The notes under the pieces were generated by a model, which saw only the letters and a list, made by a program, of their open reading frames with translations, was not told the origin of the DNA and made no database searches. A program made the translations under genes and the position numbers. A DNA stretch of 63,567 nucleotides, counting the filler, from Craspedostauros australis (taxonomy: Eukaryota), in NCBI GenBank assembly GCA_030167865.1. It is 18 parts of 18 records of this genome, joined end to end, with 100 filler letters (N's around TTAATTAATTAA, not from the genome) between each part and the next. Parts side by side here need not be neighbours in the genome. Positions count along the whole stretch, not along the records: positions 59,013 to 63,567 come from JALAGF010002671.1; 17 more parts are not named here. One strand, 5' to 3'. The stretch's first letter is position 1. The number at the start of each line of letters is the position of its first letter. Shown here one piece after another: positions 59,305 to 63,567 of the stretch.

Positions 59305-59932
59305 CCATCTTCCACGATCGTAGGTTACCGTGAGCGGAATTTGCCAACAGTAACATGCACATTTGCCTTGTTGTCCTCATGTTCTATTTTATCTGCAATT
59401 GCATGAGACCTGCAAGCTGCTTCTCAGGCCCACAGTTCCAAGATCTCATTCTTTGGAGCTTGACAGTCTTCTTGACTTGTACGAATAAGTACACTATTCA
59501 AACAATCATCCTCACCAACAACTATGAATTGATCACTCTGCATTTTTAGTGTGGTATCCTACCCATCTACAATTTTATTCTAACAGATTAACAGTTGCAG
59601 CTTGTTCTACTTTGCTGAGTTTGGACAACCCTGCAAGCATGCTATTTGTGGGTGCAGTGCAATCACCAAATTTCGACCCAGTCTCACACTTGTCTGCTGT
59701 GGCAGCACTCCCAACTTTGTCTGCACTATTTGCTACCCAGCTTTGAAGGTGCCCTGCTACATGGGGCACAGGATATGTCAACTTTCTGTCATAGTAGTCT
59801 TGAGCAGGTGGTCCAATGGTCATAGCATAGGGGAGTATCAGCACAAATCTGTATAGTGCAAAGTAAGTTACTCCTGTAGCCCCCCCCCCCCACCCACTAT
59901 TAATTTCACTTGTGTTCAGTTCAGCAATTGCA

Positions 59933-60003
59933 ACACCTGTAGCTCAACAGTAGAGCACCAGTAATTCTCACTGAGGTTCTGGGTTTGAATCCCAGCATGG
60001 TAC
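59933..60003 (+). pseudogene. Degenerate tRNA-like sequence (pseudo-tRNA or SINE head)
   Basis: A-box-like TAGCTCAACAGTAGAGC, CAGT/ACTG stem, T-arm CTGGG-TTTGAAT-CCCAG; acceptor stem poor. Confidence 0.6.
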
Positions 60004-60842
60004 TTTGCTTTTGGTCTCCCCTTGTGATTTTTCGATAGTGCTCTTTCACCACAGAAGATCTTGCATTTGAGAATTGCATCCCAGCTCTTGTAGAATCCCA
60101 ATACCTGGGTGAAATAGGAACATGTGGGAGGGTCTTCTTAGTTGCCATTCCTCAACATGTGCTCGCCTGCCAGCTCACACATGAGTCCTGTTTTGTTGAG
60201 GTGATATCCACCTCAGGTTTGCTCAATGGTGACATTGAAGCAGATTCTATGAGGGGTGGGCTTGGTGCTTTGACTTTGATTGCTTTCCATTCGGCATGTA
60301 GAATCAAGTACTGATAGAGCACACACATGCCTTGTTCATCACAAGTGTGTTTTGGCTGATGTTTTTGCTGTTGTAGCATCTTCAGGAACTTGGGTTTTCA
60401 TCCATGACCCCACTGAGAATGTCAACCAATGTGAAACGGTCATTCCTGTCGTCGTCAGTTCCGTTCGTTGTTAGCAGGTGATCTATCTTCTCTGCATGTT
60501 CAAGCTTTCCCAAGTACACAGCAATGTAAAATCTTCACCAATAGGCAAGAGACCTATCATATGGATCAGGGCAATGGTACTTGTCAGTTTCCATCAGTGC
60601 CTCCCAGTGCAACTTGAGAATAGTTGCAGCTCCTGTGGACGTACCTGGCCCATTGATGGTCCCCCATCATCCGGGTGATCCCATTGGCGGATCCTCGCTC
60701 GGAGATTCAAGAATCGAAACACGCTCCGCCAAAACACATTCCTCTATCCGCGAACACGAACAAGCGCGCTCAATTCATTGGAGTAACTCACACAGTCACA
60801 CAATTGCGCAACATCACGCAGCATAACACAGCACAAGAGATC

Positions 60843-61343
60843 ATGGCATCCATCATCTGGATGTCGGTCTACACCTTCCTGTGGATCGAGATCCTCCTCA
60901 CCGCATGTTTGGCGCTTCCCGTCCCACGTTCGTATCGCAGTAAAATCTGCCGATTCTGCACGCGGTGGGATCTCAAACAACGTCTGCAAATGCCTCTCAT
61001 CTTCGTGGCTGTGGCGTTAACGTTTTGCCTCGTCGATGGGTATTCCGAATTGCAATACATTCTGGAAAAGAAGGCAAATCATCGGCTTCACATCGAGGAT
61101 GATCTGCATGCCCAAATCATACACGACCATGAACGCGAGTATCGCGTCGAACGGAATCTGTACTTGTCAGGCTTTGCTTTGACGCTGCTCTTGGCGATTG
61201 GCAGGTTGACGGAGCTGATGCAGGAGACCACGGAGATGGGGGATGAATTGGAGCTGCGGGAGGAGAAGCGATTGCAGGAGATCATCTCGGAGCGGCCGGT
61301 ATCTGCGAGTGCTAGTACGCACAAGTCGAAGCGGATCCAGTGA
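60843..61343 (+). CDS. B-cell receptor-associated protein 29/31-like ER membrane protein
   Basis: Three TM segments, EILLTACLALPVP, YRVERNLYLSGFALTLLLAIGRL, and basic C-terminus KSKRIQ. Confidence 0.85.
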   Translation: MASIIWMSVYTFLWIEILLTACLALPVPRSYRSKICRFCTRWDLKQRLQMPLIFVAVALTFCLVDGYSELQYILEKKANHRLHIEDDLHAQIIHDHEREYRVERNLYLSGFALTLLLAIGRLTELMQETTEMGDELELREEKRLQEIISERPVSASASTHKSKRIQ

Positions 61344-61695
61344 TGAAACTAGGAAATGATGAGCCTCGTTGCAGAATGGTCTGCGGGTATGAGAGTATTC
61401 CATTCGAACAGCGATCTTTGCGGCTGCAAGGCCGTCTTTGGTAGCAATGAGAGAACCCCTACTCTTAATCACAAATATCACATTATATGATACACCAAGA
61501 GATAGGCAGACGGTGCACTAATCCTCAATCTTACGCGATTGGTCATATACCACAACGCCATCTCGTCCGTTTGCATAACAATAACATTTTTTGTGCTCGT
61601 TCACCTGTGCGCACCCATTCTTCTCTGAAACCAACCCTGTCGGAGCACTCGAGAGCACTATACATTATTCCATTCCATCTCTGATGTGATCGTAT

Positions 61696-62967
61696 TTATC
61701 GCACTTCCAGGTCCAAGTCGGCGCATCGGTCTCGGAGCTCGTTTTGCAATGCATCAATCTCCTCGTTGGTCAGACTGCGGTCCATGCTGCGGTAGGTGAT
61801 GCGGAAGCACTTGGAGGTCTTGCCCTTCTTCGGGTTGGTGAATTCGTCCGTCAGCTCCATACGTTCGATCAGATCTCCGGCGATGCCGCGGGCCATCTCG
61901 AAGAAGTCATTCTCGACGAAGTCCTCCGGGAGCCAGAAGGCGATGTCCTTGAAGACCGGCGGGAACTTGCTGTACGGCTCGAATGTGGTGATCGTGCCGG
62001 CCTTGAATTGGTCGTGGAATCGGGAGTCGTCCGTCCAGAAGAGGCGGATATCGGGGATCTTGAACAGGACCATGGCGAGACGTTCCAGTCCCAGACCGAA
62101 GGCCCATCCGCGACGGTCGGAGCGTCCGGCCATGTCGAGGACCTCGGTGTGCACGACGCCGCTGCCCAGGACCTCGAGCCATTCGCCTTCGTACAGGATC
62201 TCGCACTCGAAGCTGGGTTCGGTGAAGGGGAAGTAATCGTCGGCCCATCGCTTTTCGACTGGTCCGAAGAGATGATCCATCAATCCCTCCAGCGTCGCCT
62301 TGAGGTCGTCGGCGACCATCTTGCATTCGTCGCTCTGCAGCCATTCCTCGCCACTGGCCGTGCCCACCACGGCAGGGTCGAACAGCTTGACGCCCTCGAG
62401 CTGATGGAAGGCGGGGTAATGCGAGGCATCGATCTCGTCACGGCGGTAGACATCGCCGGCGCACAGGAAGCACTCGTGTCCATCGCGCAGATGCTGCGAT
62501 TGATGGGCCGATGTGTGGGTGCGCAGGAGGGTCTTGTCATCGATGTAGTACGTGTCGGACGGCGAGCGTCCTGGATGATCGGATTCGATGCGCAGGTCGT
62601 CGAAGCATTGCGTCGTGGTGACGATGGGGTCCTCGCCCAGGAAGAACTCGAACTTGGGACCGTCCTCCTGCAGCTCGAAGTACTCCTTGATCTTGTCGCA
62701 GATGATGCCCAGCGGGTGATCGGGGCGTTCGTGCAATCCGCGTCCCACCAAGGCAGCGATGTGGGGCGGCACGTTGTTGTCGGGGTGGTCCGAGACGTAA
62801 CGGTCCGGGTTGGCGTAATCGACCTTGGCAGCATCGGCCGTGGCGGAGAACAGGCTGGTGGTGGTGCTCGTGGTGGAAGCAGCGGTTCCTCTCGTCGTCG
62901 TGCCAATCTGGAAGGCAACGGCCGACGAAAGGAGGAGGGCGGAGACGGAAGCAGACAGGATCTTCAT
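61696..62967 (-). CDS. pheS: Organellar (monomeric) phenylalanyl-tRNA synthetase with bipartite plastid-targeting presequence
   Basis: Motifs LLRTHTSAHQ, GDVYRRDEIDASHYPAFHQLEG, YFPFTEPSFE, GWAFGLGLERLAM, and C-terminal anticodon-binding domain YRSMDRSLTNEEI. N-terminus MKILSASVSALLLSSAVA|FQ plus Thr/Ser-rich transit peptide. Confidence 0.96.
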   Translation of the reverse strand: MKILSASVSALLLSSAVAFQIGTTTRGTAASTTSTTTSLFSATADAAKVDYANPDRYVSDHPDNNVPPHIAALVGRGLHERPDHPLGIICDKIKEYFELQEDGPKFEFFLGEDPIVTTTQCFDDLRIESDHPGRSPSDTYYIDDKTLLRTHTSAHQSQHLRDGHECFLCAGDVYRRDEIDASHYPAFHQLEGVKLFDPAVVGTASGEEWLQSDECKMVADDLKATLEGLMDHLFGPVEKRWADDYFPFTEPSFECEILYEGEWLEVLGSGVVHTEVLDMAGRSDRRGWAFGLGLERLAMVLFKIPDIRLFWTDDSRFHDQFKAGTITTFEPYSKFPPVFKDIAFWLPEDFVENDFFEMARGIAGDLIERMELTDEFTNPKKGKTSKCFRITYRSMDRSLTNEEIDALQNELRDRCADLDLEVR

Positions 62968-63567
62968 GATGCGGGTGGCTACGCGCGGAATAGAGTCGAG
63001 GCAAGTGAAGCACTTTGTGATGATGCAAACGCTTGCGTATCTGCGAATGTAATGATGGTATGAGCCAACGAATGAATGGATTCCACTTCCGATGACGAGG
63101 GTGTGGGTGAATGTCTGCGCCAGCAACGACAACGACGCTGATTGAAGATGCGGACATCACACACCAACACATCATCACACGTTGTGTCATTCGTTGGTGA
63201 GACAGGGAGAAAAACAAGAAAACACGGCAGCCACAAATGTGCGTCAGACACATCAGGGAGTTGTCGGAAAAAGAGAAAATCGCGTTTTTTGTGTCGGAGT
63301 CTGTTCACAAATGACAAGAAACTGCCAGTTGCCAGTTCGCCACACGTGATGGAGCGCACTCGATTCGAGATGTTCGACTCATACGACTACTACAAGAATG
63401 CCGAGTTGGTTCACGAGAGCAAACGATCATTTCTGAGTCCCGCATTGTGGCGTGTGTGGAGATGGGATTTCCTCGCTGCGGCGGTGTTTTGGTGTTGCTC
63501 ATTCTCGTCACACTTTGCTGCGGTGGTCCGGAAAGCGCACTGTCGTCTTGGTTGGCAGAACAAGTCC

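Noticed and set aside
59933..60003. Functional tRNA-Glu(TTC)
   Set aside because: Lacks U33, has a mutated T-loop and a weak acceptor stem; kept only as a pseudo-tRNA.
61744..63063. 439-aa ORF antisense to PheRS (similarly 9764-10756, 29986-31026, 14441-15460, 22088-23020)
   Set aside because: Antisense shadows expected from GC3-biased codon usage; no recognisable motifs.

Overview
Eukaryotic genomic DNA, most likely a diatom. Evidence: spliceosomal GT-AG introns, a bipartite plastid-targeting presequence (..AVA|FQ..), CoDi/Copia-like and Ambal-like retroelements, and diatom-type secreted repeat proteins. The window is not one locus. It is about 18 contigs joined by 17 artificial N-TTAATTAATTAA-N spacers, so adjacency across spacers carries no biological meaning. 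Gene-bearing contigs encode an ankyrin protein, a secreted protein with two Cys-rich domains and a ~260-aa Ser/Asn/Gly tail, and a giant Cys-rich repeat protein. A 25-kb gene-dense contig holds a tail-anchored acidic protein, a TYW3-Kelch fusion, organellar RsmE, a GT61-like glycosyltransferase, a DUF3804/NTF2-like protein, a PKDCC-like secretory kinase, a RING protein, an ELP5-like protein and two hypotheticals. The last contig holds a BAP31-like gene and an organellar PheRS. The short contigs are mostly transposon debris: Harbinger-like, Copia, Ambal-like non-LTR, nested LTRs, a tRNA-derived element and minisatellites, often with CpG decay. I found no CRISPR array or prokaryotic system. The best novelty candidates are the secreted SNG-tail protein, the TYW3-Kelch fusion with only a TYW2 stub, and a precisely bounded 780-bp LTR-like insertion inside a Copia RNase H. 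All family assignments are from recalled motifs, not database searches.
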